Below are positions 15,810-25,347 of a stretch of DNA of 34,261 nt, one piece after another. Made by a program: the position numbers and the translations under genes. The stretch comes from an uncultured virus (IMG/VR IMGVR_UViG_3300034152_000554) (lineage: Duplodnaviria > Heunggongvirae > Uroviricota > Caudoviricetes), in IMG/VR virus record IMGVR_UViG_3300034152_000554, one strand, 5' to 3'. Positions within the stretch are counted from its first letter, which is position 1. Every line of letters starts with the position of its first letter. The notes beneath the pieces are model-generated. The model ran no database searches, was not told where the DNA came from, and worked only from the letters and a program-made list of their open reading frames with translations.

Positions 15810-16444
15810 TTTTGAATGACACTCAGATTGCTGACCTGGCAACTGAAGAAGAAATGATTGTGCCCTACCATAAGTCTCTAATCAGAGAAGTTGGTAGAAC
15901 GATCAAGCCAATCAAAGTCTTGAGCTATGGGCAGTCTAGCTATGGCTATGATGTTTCATTGTCATCGAATCAGTTTCAAATTTTCTACCGGGAACATTGG
16001 ATTGATAAGCTGATTCGATTTCTCAAGAAACCATTTACTCAGCGTGTGATTGACCCCAAAAAATTCGATAAAACATTGCTGTATGACGCACGGTTGAATA
16101 TTGATGAGACTGGAGCGTATTTTATTTTGCCCCCATACAGTTACGCTCTGGGTCATTCTGTTGAGCGGTTCAATATGCCGCCAGATGTTTCTGGATTTTG
16201 CTATGGGAAATCAACTTATGCCCGATGCGGTATTGACGTTACAACAACTCCAATTGAGGCTGGCTGGAAAGGCTGGCTGACAATTGAGATGAGCAACACA
16301 ACCCCATCACCTGTAAAAATATATGCAGACGAAGGTATTTTGCAAGTTTGCTTCTTTAGAGGTGAGCCTTGTGCAACCAGCTATGCTGACCGCAATGGCA
16401 AATACCAGAATCAAGAACGTCGTATCTACCACGCAACGGTATAG
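15806..16444 (+). CDS. dcd: dCTP deaminase
   Basis: VLSYGQSSYGYDV, IDPKKFD, GKSTYARCG, TPIEAGWKGWLTIEMSN, IYADEGILQ and SYADRNGKYQNQ. Confidence 0.95.
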   Translation: MILNDTQIADLATEEEMIVPYHKSLIREVGRTIKPIKVLSYGQSSYGYDVSLSSNQFQIFYREHWIDKLIRFLKKPFTQRVIDPKKFDKTLLYDARLNIDETGAYFILPPYSYALGHSVERFNMPPDVSGFCYGKSTYARCGIDVTTTPIEAGWKGWLTIEMSNTTPSPVKIYADEGILQVCFFRGEPCATSYADRNGKYQNQERRIYHATV

Positions 16445-16448
16445 GTCT

Positions 16449-16856
16449 ATGTATACAACCCATGTAATTCACACTGCTGAAGGTCGATTTTATTTCTGGG
16501 TGTATTGCCCAAAAGTGAATGCACTGTTTAAAGTGAATGCCTACAACATCAATGAAGCAGTTATTAACACTGCTGCCTATGTTGATCTGATGTTTCCTGA
16601 TGTTAAGTTAGCTGACGATCTTAACAAGATTGAATTGCTAGTTATGAGTGACTCAGACTATGACGAGGCAATCCTGGAAAACAACAATACCACCGAAGGT
16701 ATTGATTGGACGAAAGCTGACTGCAAAGTGTTTGTTGTATCAGGGGATTATGTACCAAGCTATTACATCTTGAATAAAGAGGACGATAGCGAAACACTTA
16801 GTGCTTATCGAGGGGAGAAAGGCAAGTATCGCAAGTCTCCTCCAATGAGAAGTTGA
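16449..16856 (+). CDS. hypothetical protein
   Basis: ATG 16449, just after the dcd stop, preferred over the overlapping 16323. Confidence 0.65.
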   Translation: MYTTHVIHTAEGRFYFWVYCPKVNALFKVNAYNINEAVINTAAYVDLMFPDVKLADDLNKIELLVMSDSDYDEAILENNNTTEGIDWTKADCKVFVVSGDYVPSYYILNKEDDSETLSAYRGEKGKYRKSPPMRS

Positions 16857-16878
16857 AGCAGTAATAAGTAGGAGATTT

Positions 16879-17262
16879 TTGATGCACTTATACCCATTGC
16901 CGAAACGTAGTACAGAAACGTTCTGGAAAAATGCGATCCAGTTTCGTTACTGGCTACTTGGTCGTCAGTCTAATGAGATCAAGACAGTTCGTACTGATAT
17001 AATTGAATGTCCCAACTCTCCTGTTGGAGCATCAACTGTTGATCGCTGGTTTATAAATAATGCCAGAGAAATGAAAGAGATTGGTGTATCACGGGTGAAG
17101 ATGGCAGTTAGAATAGAACAGGGAGATGACAGTTACAGAATGCAGCCAATCTGGCATTTTCTTGCAAAACAGGGCGGCAAGTATGAGAACTACATCAGTG
17201 AAATTGCTGCCGAGTTCTCCCTTGATCTTGATTTAATCAGAGAAAAAGCACTGAAGAAATAA
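16879..17262 (+). CDS. hypothetical protein
   Basis: AGGAG RBS. Confidence 0.7.
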   Translation: MMHLYPLPKRSTETFWKNAIQFRYWLLGRQSNEIKTVRTDIIECPNSPVGASTVDRWFINNAREMKEIGVSRVKMAVRIEQGDDSYRMQPIWHFLAKQGGKYENYISEIAAEFSLDLDLIREKALKK

Positions 17263-17266
17263 AATA

Positions 17267-18169
17267 ATGAGTACACGATTTCTGGAAATCATTGAGAAGA
17301 GCAGAAAAGGAAACCCCAACAACAAGGGGACACCTCCTAAACCTTCTCAACTCAATGAGAGCCAGAAATACGTGCGACTTCAAACTGATAAAGGCCGGTT
17401 CTATCAGACTCCTGAAGGTACATTCCCTTCAGTAACAACAATCCTGACTGCAACCGATCCCAAGGGGAACGGCAACATTGAACGGATTAAGCGTGAAAAT
17501 CCAGCACTAGCCCAGGACTGGGATCGGTTGCGGTACATGGGTACATTGGTACATGGAGTAGTTAGTGCTTATTACCGGCATGGGGAGCATTGGGCTGAAG
17601 ACCAGGACTTTCCACATGGGGTATTGATGGATGGCAAAAAGCTTCTGGGTATCGATGAATCGAAAGATATCCTTGATGAACTGCAATCTGTCAAGCCCCA
17701 GGTAGCTGCGTTGCGCGATGTGCTATATCAATTCCGTAGCCCCCTCTGGAGCGAGGGGCCAATTGGAGAGTTGGCAAACAATAGCGCTCTGACAATTGGT
17801 GATGACCAGATTCCTCGAATATGGCATCCCAGGCTGGGATATGCAGGCTGCCCTGATATCGCCCTATGTAAGTACAGGGGTGAGACAGTCATGGTTGACA
17901 TTAAAACGTCCAACTGTCGCTACTCTCGTAGCTATGGCAAAGGGAAATTCAAGTTTGACAAAGTAAAGCTACAACTGGCTGCTTACGATCTGGCGATGCA
18001 ACACACTCTAGATGTTCCCCCGCATGACAAGCTGCTTGCAATGGTTGTCCATCCATTGAAAGATAGTGATTGTATGTATAAAGCGCAAATTATAGAACTG
18101 ACCGAAGATGAGCGCTTGACCGCTGAAAAGGACTGGAAGCAAAGAGTTTATCAATATAAAGCGTCTTAA
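17267..18169 (+). CDS. PD-(D/E)XK family exonuclease (phage RecB-like/MGME1-like)
   Basis: RFYQTPEGTFPSVTTIL, GTLVH, WSE, YAGCPD, VDIKTS and QLAAY. Confidence 0.85.
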   Translation: MSTRFLEIIEKSRKGNPNNKGTPPKPSQLNESQKYVRLQTDKGRFYQTPEGTFPSVTTILTATDPKGNGNIERIKRENPALAQDWDRLRYMGTLVHGVVSAYYRHGEHWAEDQDFPHGVLMDGKKLLGIDESKDILDELQSVKPQVAALRDVLYQFRSPLWSEGPIGELANNSALTIGDDQIPRIWHPRLGYAGCPDIALCKYRGETVMVDIKTSNCRYSRSYGKGKFKFDKVKLQLAAYDLAMQHTLDVPPHDKLLAMVVHPLKDSDCMYKAQIIELTEDERLTAEKDWKQRVYQYKAS

Positions 18170-18271
18170 AGCATCTGCGTAGATTTGGGTATTTCTACGG
18201 CAAGAACCAAATAAAACTTATCTAAAGGCAGGTTGACACAGGGTAAATTTGGTAATATTTCTGTTAGACAG

Positions 18272-18847
18272 ATGTACCAAATATTGCATTATATTGCTAC
18301 AGATCAACCTAAAACCAGACTGAGATTGGATATGGAAAATACGCAGGCATTCAACCCGGATGATTTTGAGCTATTCGGAATCTGGAGTGCAGACCCGGCT
18401 AAAAGACGCAATGCTCAAAAGAAGCTTTGCGCCGCCAATAAGCATTGGGACTTTTGGGGGGCTGCGTTGTCAGGTCGAAAGTCAATTGTGATTCACAATA
18501 TCATCGAAGCTTATCTAAAGTCTCGATACTCATCAGAGCAATTATCAAAAGATGTTGCTATTAAGGCATCATTTAATAGCGATGATGGAGACAAGCATAC
18601 AACTGTAATTGAACTGAAAGCAAAAAGCAAGCAGGACAAGCTTGCAACTGCGTTAACTAACAAGCTTGCCAGAGACCTATGGGAGCTAGAGAGTAAGCAC
18701 AACCAGATTGGCAAGCTTTTCCAGTCAGTCAACAGCTTTATAAAAATCCAGAACCATGATGGCGTTGTGGTTTTTGAATGGAGTCCAGCATTGCTGGCAA
18801 AGCTGAAGCAGGTCAGAGCCAGCCTTAAAACTAAAGCATCTAATTAG
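18272..18847 (+). CDS. hypothetical protein (start uncertain: 18272 or 18332)
   Basis: The TTG at 18233 is part of a TTGACA box, so an internal ATG is more likely. Convergent with the repressor gene. Confidence 0.6.
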   Translation: MYQILHYIATDQPKTRLRLDMENTQAFNPDDFELFGIWSADPAKRRNAQKKLCAANKHWDFWGAALSGRKSIVIHNIIEAYLKSRYSSEQLSKDVAIKASFNSDDGDKHTTVIELKAKSKQDKLATALTNKLARDLWELESKHNQIGKLFQSVNSFIKIQNHDGVVVFEWSPALLAKLKQVRASLKTKASN

Positions 18848-19671
18848 CTTGACTCTGAAGCCTTGAACAGTTCTTCGATCAATTCGTTCAGGCTGATCAT
18901 CAGTAGTTTTGCAAATTCTGGAAACATTGCTTCATCAACATCTTGTTCATGAAGCTGTTGCAGATCGTCTTGAGACAGGCCAGAGCGAGACAGCATTGCC
19001 GCAAATGCCTGCTCTCCGACTTCGTTGCAAAGCTCCCTGGTACGATCAATGAGATACTGGTTAGTCGGATCAGGGACATAGGGGGCTGGGGGTGGCTGAT
19101 CTGACTCGCCTGTATCTTCTGCTGCACTATCGCGGCTTGACAAAAGATCAAGCAGGCGCTTTAGTGAAACCCGCTGAATTGCCATAAACTCCTCCTGACT
19201 ACAGTTTCTCAAAAAAGTATTGACCTGCTCTACAGAGAGCATATTGTTTGGCTGGAAATCCCCCGTCGCCAGGAATGACAGAAATTCCTCGTAGGTAATT
19301 CCAGCGACCTCTGCAAGTCTCCGTTTCATCCGGTCGTTGATTCTGTCAGGAGATGTTTGCATCCGTTCGTATCCGGCAATCGAAGCGTATGTCTCTCCCA
19401 GTAGGGTAGCAAACGCTCTTTGGGAATAGATTACATTACCTTTGCCACTGTGAGGACATCCACGCAACTCCTCCAAGAATGCTTTGAGCCTGATCCGCTT
19501 GAGTGCATCATCTTGATCAGGCGCAATTGTGTCAAGAGTATAAGATTGCTCTATTTTTGAACAGCGAGACATGACCCCTTTAATTGAAAAGTGGGTCATT
19601 GGTGCGTATGATCTAGTCTTTTTAGCTGTACTTTTCTTAGAGTTTGACGATACTGACGATGATCGCTTCAT
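18844..19671 (-). CDS. XRE/Cro-CI-type HTH transcriptional repressor
   Basis: SQRAFATLLGETYASIAGYERMQTSP...RLAEVAGIT HTH signature and a possible second degenerate HTH near the C-terminus. Sole minus-strand gene, divergent from the helicase operon. Confidence 0.75.
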   Translation of the reverse strand: MKRSSSVSSNSKKSTAKKTRSYAPMTHFSIKGVMSRCSKIEQSYTLDTIAPDQDDALKRIRLKAFLEELRGCPHSGKGNVIYSQRAFATLLGETYASIAGYERMQTSPDRINDRMKRRLAEVAGITYEEFLSFLATGDFQPNNMLSVEQVNTFLRNCSQEEFMAIQRVSLKRLLDLLSSRDSAAEDTGESDQPPPAPYVPDPTNQYLIDRTRELCNEVGEQAFAAMLSRSGLSQDDLQQLHEQDVDEAMFPEFAKLLMISLNELIEELFKASESS

Positions 19672-19888
19672 GGTTTCTTGATATTTTTGTGTGTATTTTG
19701 TGTTAAGCCTAACTGTTTAACACTATTTTATGATCATTGTTACCTATATAGCTTGTCAATGATTTAATATTTTTTTATTAAATTGTTAATTGAAAAGTTT
19801 GCCTGATTAGTCTAACTGTTGATAAAAAGTATCAAGGTGTCTGATATCATATAGATACAGACAGCTTTTTGTTGTCTATTGAGGAGAG
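19672..19888. promoter_or_regulatory. AT-rich divergent control region with operator TTGATAAAAAGTATCAA (19819-19835)
   Basis: AT-rich gap between divergent genes; perfect 6-5-6 palindrome; GAGGAG RBS before GTG 19889. Confidence 0.75.
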
Positions 19889-21508
19889 GTGATGGCTAAA
19901 GAGACAAAGCTACGACCGTACCAGCAAGCTGCATTTGATGAGTTCTGGCAAGCAGTTTACTCTGGTCATAAAGGAATTGTTGTGCCGATTCCGACCGGGG
20001 GCGGCAAGAGTGTCGTAGCCAGAGAGATTATCAAGTCTGCATTGAAAGGCAGCAAAGGTCAGTGCTTGTTTATCGCTCACCGAGATGAGTTAATCAAGCA
20101 GGCTGGCTGTCATTTGCAACGGGCCGGATTTGTCAGGAGTGAGATTGGTTATATCAAAGCTGGAATGAATCTGAATCTATCCAGGCCAATCCAGATTGCA
20201 TCTGTTCAGAGTGCAGTCAATCGAGACTTGGGCAAACTAAAGCCGGTACTGATTGTAATTGACGAGGCTCACCGAACCAATGCAAGTACCTATCAAGAAA
20301 TTATCAAGCAGTTTCCCCACGCAGTCAGACTGGGGCTAACTGCAACTCCAGCCAGAACTGATGGCACAGGGCTGCGTGATGGGGGTTATGACTACATGAC
20401 CTCAGTTGTTGATATGCAGCATTTGATTAAAGAAGGATATCTGAGCAAGTACAAACTTCATAGCTTGCCAGAGTTGGATGAAAGTGAGTTGAACAACTCG
20501 CTGGCTGAGAACTGGCTTCTCTACGCTAATGGTATGAGAACAATTGTCTTTGCTAAAGACATTGATCACAGCCACGAAATTGTAGCTCATTACAATGCCT
20601 GTGGAATCCCTGCTGCCCATATTGATGGTTCTACGTCAAGGCAGGATCGACAGTATTTGATCAGGATGTTTATCAAAAAAGAGATCCTGGTACTGTCTCA
20701 GGTTGGGATTATCGATGAGGGTTTTGACCTCAGCACTTATGCCTCATTAAACAACCTCGACCCTGATGCCGATATTGGTTGTGTCCAAATTGCCAGGAAA
20801 ACCAAGAGCTTAATCAAGTGGCTGCAAGCGTGCGGTCGAGCATTGCGGCCCCATCCTGAGAAGGAGTATGCAGTCATCCTGGATCATGGTGGTTGCTATC
20901 AGTATTTAGGGTTTCCCTGTGATCCTCACCAATGGACATTAGACGGTGTGACTCAGCGCTCTCGCCAACAGGCACAAGAGCAGGAAGAGCAAGAACAATT
21001 TGAGCGAGAAAAGCGACCTGTTAGAACTCGCAGTGGTGAACTGATTCACCTGCACCCAACCGATACTGTCTACGTTTTGGGCAAGTGGCTTGAAGAGAAT
21101 GAACTGCTTGATAGTCCACAAGCGCCTTGCCGTAACTTTATCGAAGCCAATAAAGAGTTGATTACCATCCGGGATCTGGCTCGAATTAATCAGCTTTATA
21201 TCCAAGACCCACCAGCCGTTATATTCAAGTGTTGGCTCAAGATTGCTGAACACAATCAAGCACTGGATACCTTGCTCAAGAAATATGACCTATCTACAAA
21301 AGGTGGAGCTGAAGCAGTTATCAAAGAGTTGAGAGCATGGATTAAAGTGTTTAACGATAATAGGCCAGCCCACTGGAAAGCAATGAATTGGCAGCAAGCC
21401 TATCGGGTTTGGAACAGGTGGGTTGATGAAGGTCGGATACCAAGAGGCGTTAAAGTGCCGAGTCCTGGACAGAGCTATTTCTCAAGACAAAGGAGGCAAC
21501 GATTCTAG
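19889..21508 (+). CDS. SF2 DEAH-box helicase (UvsW/RadD-like)
   Basis: LRPYQ, PTGGGKS, AHRDELIKQ, IDEAH, GLTATP, IIDEGFD, QACGRALR and ILDH. Confidence 0.92.
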   Translation: MMAKETKLRPYQQAAFDEFWQAVYSGHKGIVVPIPTGGGKSVVAREIIKSALKGSKGQCLFIAHRDELIKQAGCHLQRAGFVRSEIGYIKAGMNLNLSRPIQIASVQSAVNRDLGKLKPVLIVIDEAHRTNASTYQEIIKQFPHAVRLGLTATPARTDGTGLRDGGYDYMTSVVDMQHLIKEGYLSKYKLHSLPELDESELNNSLAENWLLYANGMRTIVFAKDIDHSHEIVAHYNACGIPAAHIDGSTSRQDRQYLIRMFIKKEILVLSQVGIIDEGFDLSTYASLNNLDPDADIGCVQIARKTKSLIKWLQACGRALRPHPEKEYAVILDHGGCYQYLGFPCDPHQWTLDGVTQRSRQQAQEQEEQEQFEREKRPVRTRSGELIHLHPTDTVYVLGKWLEENELLDSPQAPCRNFIEANKELITIRDLARINQLYIQDPPAVIFKCWLKIAEHNQALDTLLKKYDLSTKGGAEAVIKELRAWIKVFNDNRPAHWKAMNWQQAYRVWNRWVDEGRIPRGVKVPSPGQSYFSRQRRQRF

Positions 21509-21540
21509 GCCAATAGACTTTGATTGATGCAAGGGCAAAT

Positions 21541-21894
21541 ATGCATCGTAAAACTTGGCAACCACTAACCCCGAAAGAATTTCTTCAGTTTGTGATAGCC
21601 CAAGAACCATCAAATTCTGAAGTGGTAGAGAGGATAACGAAAAAAATGGAAGATGAACCTAAGATAAGAAATGAAATCAATATCTCAAATTCGCCAAATT
21701 CACCTATTAATGCTCCCATCGGGACAAGTGGTGTGACCAATAACCAAGTAACAACCACTTCCGATGCTGTTTCTGATACTGAGAAAGGTATTAATTGGGG
21801 GATTTGGCTTGCTGTAATCGGACTGGTCGTCTCGATAGTTGGCATACCCGTTGGAATGGCTGTAAGTGGTGCCTTTAACGATGAGTTTAAATAG
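21541..21894 (+). CDS. hypothetical membrane protein, possibly an acquired or truncated fragment
   Basis: Asn/Ser/Thr-rich linker and a C-terminal TM segment; no clear RBS; AT-richer than the flanks; start uncertain. Confidence 0.45.
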   Translation: MHRKTWQPLTPKEFLQFVIAQEPSNSEVVERITKKMEDEPKIRNEINISNSPNSPINAPIGTSGVTNNQVTTTSDAVSDTEKGINWGIWLAVIGLVVSIVGIPVGMAVSGAFNDEFK

Positions 21895-21916
21895 CTTCTT
21901 TCCTCTCTCTTCAGTT

Positions 21917-21933
21917 TCTTAATTCCCTTCGGG
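21917..21933 (+). promoter_or_regulatory. intergenic 17-bp motif, copy 3 (TCTTAATTCCCTTCGGG)
   Basis: Ends 34 nt before ATG 21967; the upstream 26 nt also resemble those of copy 1. Confidence 0.55.
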
Positions 21934-21966
21934 TCTAAAGCTCACATCCTTTTTGGAGGTTCGTCA

Positions 21967-22368
21967 ATGAATATTGATCTTATTAAATCGGCTAAAGATG
22001 CTGCAACTAAAGCATTTAGATATCACCAGACTGAATTGAATAATATCCATTCTTACAAAACTGGTACTCAACTGGAAGTAAAGAAGTTTTTCGCTCTCAG
22101 CGAAGCTAAAGAACACTATCTACGGTTGATGATTGAAGTAAATACCGCTCTTGAAGTGATTCAGTTTATCGAGGTGCTTGAAAGGGATCTCGATGAAAGC
22201 ATTGCTAACTACAAAGAAATGATGTCAAAAGGGTTCGACGAGTACAGTGAAAAAGCTGCTTCCTATTGTGCAACATTATTAGAACAGGTCAAATCAGAGA
22301 TGCGTCTTTTGTTCGAGATTGTCAATAGAAGTAAAAAAGCAAATGAGGAGCAAAGCGAAAATGAGTGA
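21967..22368 (+). CDS. hypothetical helical protein
   Basis: GGAGG RBS. Confidence 0.75.
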   Translation: MNIDLIKSAKDAATKAFRYHQTELNNIHSYKTGTQLEVKKFFALSEAKEHYLRLMIEVNTALEVIQFIEVLERDLDESIANYKEMMSKGFDEYSEKAASYCATLLEQVKSEMRLLFEIVNRSKKANEEQSENE

Positions 22369-22696
22369 AGAAAAGAATTGCAATGATTTCGTTGTTTTTG
22401 TCCCAAATGGTCTGTATCTTGACAGGCTATTTGACCAGGTTTTAGTCGATCAAGAATTTGTTTCGACTAGAAATATCAGGAAAAACACAGAATCCATAAC
22501 GGTTCCAACATCTGATCAGGACAAAATTGGAGCAATCCAGAAAACAATGGATGATTACGAAGATGTAGTTGGATATTTGTATCGTGCATTTCTGGCTCGT
22601 TGCAAAGATATCGCTGACGGCAAGATTACTATCAAGCAACCTGTCGAGCAGGTCAGTGACAGTGAAGATACCCAACCATTAGAAGGAGAAGAGTAA
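22361..22696 (+). CDS. hypothetical protein
   Basis: GAGGAG RBS before ATG 22361. Confidence 0.7.
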   Translation: MSEEKNCNDFVVFVPNGLYLDRLFDQVLVDQEFVSTRNIRKNTESITVPTSDQDKIGAIQKTMDDYEDVVGYLYRAFLARCKDIADGKITIKQPVEQVSDSEDTQPLEGEE

Positions 22697-23917
22697 ATGA
22701 AGCTGATGAACATTGAGATTGACCGTCAATCCCTGATTGCTGCAATTAAGAAGCTGAAGGGCTTCGTTGCAACTCGCAATGCGGCTCAGCCGTTATTGCA
22801 ATATGTAGTCTGTCAGGCTACTGACGAGTGCCTGCAACTGATTGCCTTTAACGGTGATCAGGGCGGCATGATTTCCCTCAGCCAGGGATATGTCATGAAT
22901 GTTGAAGGAAAAGTTTCGTTTGCCCCTGATCGGCTGGTTAGTTATCTGTCCCAGATTGATGCTGACGATGTTTGTCTACAGCAACATTCGCCAGCAGAGT
23001 TTTCGATCATTACACCTAATGACGTAATCAAATATCAGATTGCGACAACCGACATTCAGGACTTGCTACCTAATATTGGCAGGCCAGATACGCTGGAAAC
23101 GATTTCATTCAACGGTCATTTCCTGTCTGGTCTTAACCAGGCTGCGATGTTGACGATGGCTGATACTGACAGCAAGGGAAACGCCAAAGCTCCTGAACCA
23201 TTTATGGGGGCAGAGCTACAGATTGATCAGCCCAGCAACACCCTGACGGTGACATCACTTGATTCAGTTGGTGGGTTGAGAGCGGAGTTTAAGCTGACTC
23301 GATCGACTGCCAGCACATCGATGTTGCTTAATCGAGAGACTGCCAGGAATATGTTTGCTCTGTTCAAAAATAGCGTAGCCCAAAGCTTTGACTTCAACAC
23401 TGAAAATGAACATGGGCTGATTGAGTTTTTCTGCGGGAATGCCTATATGATTACCCGCAAGTTTGAACCGAAAGGGCTTAATGAACTGCCAGACCAGTAC
23501 AAATCCTTTTTTGATTTTGATGGCGAGATAACTATCAACGTTGATCCGGCTCAGCTATTGAAAGCGATTGGCAAGATTCAGGTAACTGGCTGCGTCTACA
23601 CTCAATTTGAGTTTTTAACAAGCGTGCTGAATGTAAAGACTATTTACAAAAGCACAACTCTTGGCAGTTATGATGCTGCTAAAAGCGCCCTTGAGTCAGA
23701 GGCTTTTCCAGGTAGTTCCTGTTCTGGTGAAACATTCTGCACTGCAACCAGTGTGATCAGCGACTACCTGAAAGCGATCAATGCAATTACTCCATTCATC
23801 GACGACCCTGACGATGAAGAGTATGAGCAGATCGAAATCAACTACAAAAATGAACAAGTAATGAAGTTGCATTACAAGAACTGCACTGCTTTCATTATTG
23901 GCTGCGTTGTTATTTAG
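22697..23917 (+). CDS. divergent DNA polymerase III beta-subunit-like sliding clamp
   Basis: The N-terminus (IEIDRQSLIAAIKKLKGFVATRNAAQPLLQYV..ATDECLQLIAFN) follows the DnaN pattern. Length of about 400 aa fits three domains; LTVTSLDS resembles the conserved xATDG strand. Confidence 0.75.
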   Translation: MKLMNIEIDRQSLIAAIKKLKGFVATRNAAQPLLQYVVCQATDECLQLIAFNGDQGGMISLSQGYVMNVEGKVSFAPDRLVSYLSQIDADDVCLQQHSPAEFSIITPNDVIKYQIATTDIQDLLPNIGRPDTLETISFNGHFLSGLNQAAMLTMADTDSKGNAKAPEPFMGAELQIDQPSNTLTVTSLDSVGGLRAEFKLTRSTASTSMLLNRETARNMFALFKNSVAQSFDFNTENEHGLIEFFCGNAYMITRKFEPKGLNELPDQYKSFFDFDGEITINVDPAQLLKAIGKIQVTGCVYTQFEFLTSVLNVKTIYKSTTLGSYDAAKSALESEAFPGSSCSGETFCTATSVISDYLKAINAITPFIDDPDDEEYEQIEINYKNEQVMKLHYKNCTAFIIGCVVI

Positions 23918-23932
23918 GAGGCACTGAGAGAG

Positions 23933-24127
23933 ATGGGGACTTACTACATTATCTACAACACCTATCTGGGTTTGTATCTCAAGAAGGAAGAAGACTTTGA
24001 TCTTGACTACCTGAGCGAGAATACTATTCTTGCCTTGAAAGTTGTTGAAGGAGAGGGTGTTTATGCTCCAGGCCGTGATGAAAACACTGGATTGGTACTC
24101 TGGCAAAAGCTTGAATTTGATACGTGA
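23933..24127 (+). CDS. hypothetical protein
   Basis: AGGAGG upstream. Confidence 0.65.
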   Translation: MGTYYIIYNTYLGLYLKKEEDFDLDYLSENTILALKVVEGEGVYAPGRDENTGLVLWQKLEFDT

Positions 24128-24133
24128 GAGGCA

Positions 24134-24808
24134 ATGGCTGACTATCATATCGGAATCGACGTTGGGCTGAGTGGAGCTATCTGCGTAGTCGCTCAGTTCA
24201 ACGGACACTGGACAATTACTTTTTATGACCTCAAACCTAATCGGAAAGACTGGCTACCAAGCCGATTAGATTTGGGTCATCTAAAAGCCTGCCTGAAAGA
24301 CATTGCCTACATGATCAGCTATGAAGACAATGTGACAATTGCTCTGGAAAATCCAACTGGCATTGTTAGAGGTAAGGGCAATTTCAAGGCATCAACAACT
24401 CAAGCGGAATCATGCGGAGAAGTGATTGCAGCAATTTCCTATACTCACTGGCCTAACTCTGACAACATCCAGTTCTGTAAGCTGCATCCAACCCAATGGA
24501 TTAAAGCACTTGATGTTGCACCGGGCAAAGAGAACCGAATTGATCAGGGTAAGCGGATCTTTCGCTGGTTTGTCAATGGGGAACTCTACCAACAATTCTG
24601 TGAGCAGATTGTTCGGGAGTATCCCCGCAAACCACCTGAAGAATCACACGACCGGGTTGATGCTGCCCTGATCGCTCTGGCAGGCCGGTACAAATGGACA
24701 TTTGAGAATGTCGAAGAAGAGGGCAGGATAGCCAATGAGCGCCTGAACTCAAAAGAGTTGTTATTGAAACGGAGAAAAGAACGGGCAAAGAAAAAGCGGA
24801 GCAAATAA
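24134..24808 (+). CDS. RuvC-like Holliday junction resolvase
   Basis: IGIDVGLSGAIC (Asp), IALE (Glu), HPTQW and HDRVDAALIA (two Asp). Confidence 0.85.
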   Translation: MADYHIGIDVGLSGAICVVAQFNGHWTITFYDLKPNRKDWLPSRLDLGHLKACLKDIAYMISYEDNVTIALENPTGIVRGKGNFKASTTQAESCGEVIAAISYTHWPNSDNIQFCKLHPTQWIKALDVAPGKENRIDQGKRIFRWFVNGELYQQFCEQIVREYPRKPPEESHDRVDAALIALAGRYKWTFENVEEEGRIANERLNSKELLLKRRKERAKKKRSK

Positions 24809-24840
24809 GCTGGTTAATAGAACGTTAAGGGCTGCATAAA

Positions 24841-25332
24841 ATGAACGTGACTGTAGATGAAACTCGACAAAAGCAATCTGGAGGTACTGAACCCCGTCAT
24901 TATCGACAGCGGGGCAATTCACGATCGCACTTACGGTTGAAATCGGTTGGCGTTTCCTGCAATGAATTACTCAGGGAATCAATTGACAATCGATCAAAAC
25001 CGTATTCATTTGGTAGATGCTTTAATGTATTTACCGAAGATGCGATCAAATGGTATTCACATCAAGTTGCTGAAATGCCTGACTACTACCGCATTGAAGG
25101 ACTGGCTCCAGTACATGATGCGGCTGGTAGTGGGTACATATCAGCAGATGATCGCTATAAGCTACAGTTGCGGTTGCAGTTTGAAATCTACCAGGTTGCA
25201 GTTGAGCTTCGTAAAAGACTACAGCGCAGTTCAATTGCAGAGATTATCAGGGAGAGCATCATTAACTATATTGATCATCTGGAGACAAAATACCCAGAAG
25301 TGATCAAGATCAAAAATGAAGTTTGCTCTTAG
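24841..25332 (+). CDS. putative ribbon-helix-helix DNA-binding protein
   Basis: C-terminal KLQLRL..EIY......SIAEIIRESI and a similar N-terminal S.NELLRESI. Confidence 0.55.
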   Translation: MNVTVDETRQKQSGGTEPRHYRQRGNSRSHLRLKSVGVSCNELLRESIDNRSKPYSFGRCFNVFTEDAIKWYSHQVAEMPDYYRIEGLAPVHDAAGSGYISADDRYKLQLRLQFEIYQVAVELRKRLQRSSIAEIIRESIINYIDHLETKYPEVIKIKNEVCS

Positions 25333-25347
25333 AGAGGGGAACCGCAA

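Noticed and set aside
17267..18169. Cas4
   Set aside because: The PD-(D/E)XK core is present, but the C-terminal three-Cys Fe-S motif is not, and there is no CRISPR context.
18233..18271. TTG starts at 18233 and 32139 given by the ORF track
   Set aside because: Both coincide with TTGACA -35-like boxes and lack an RBS; downstream ATGs are more plausible.
19819..19835. FNR/CRP/NtcA site
   Set aside because: The spacing is TTGAT-N7-ATCAA rather than the FNR N4, and it does not match NtcA GTA-N8-TAC.
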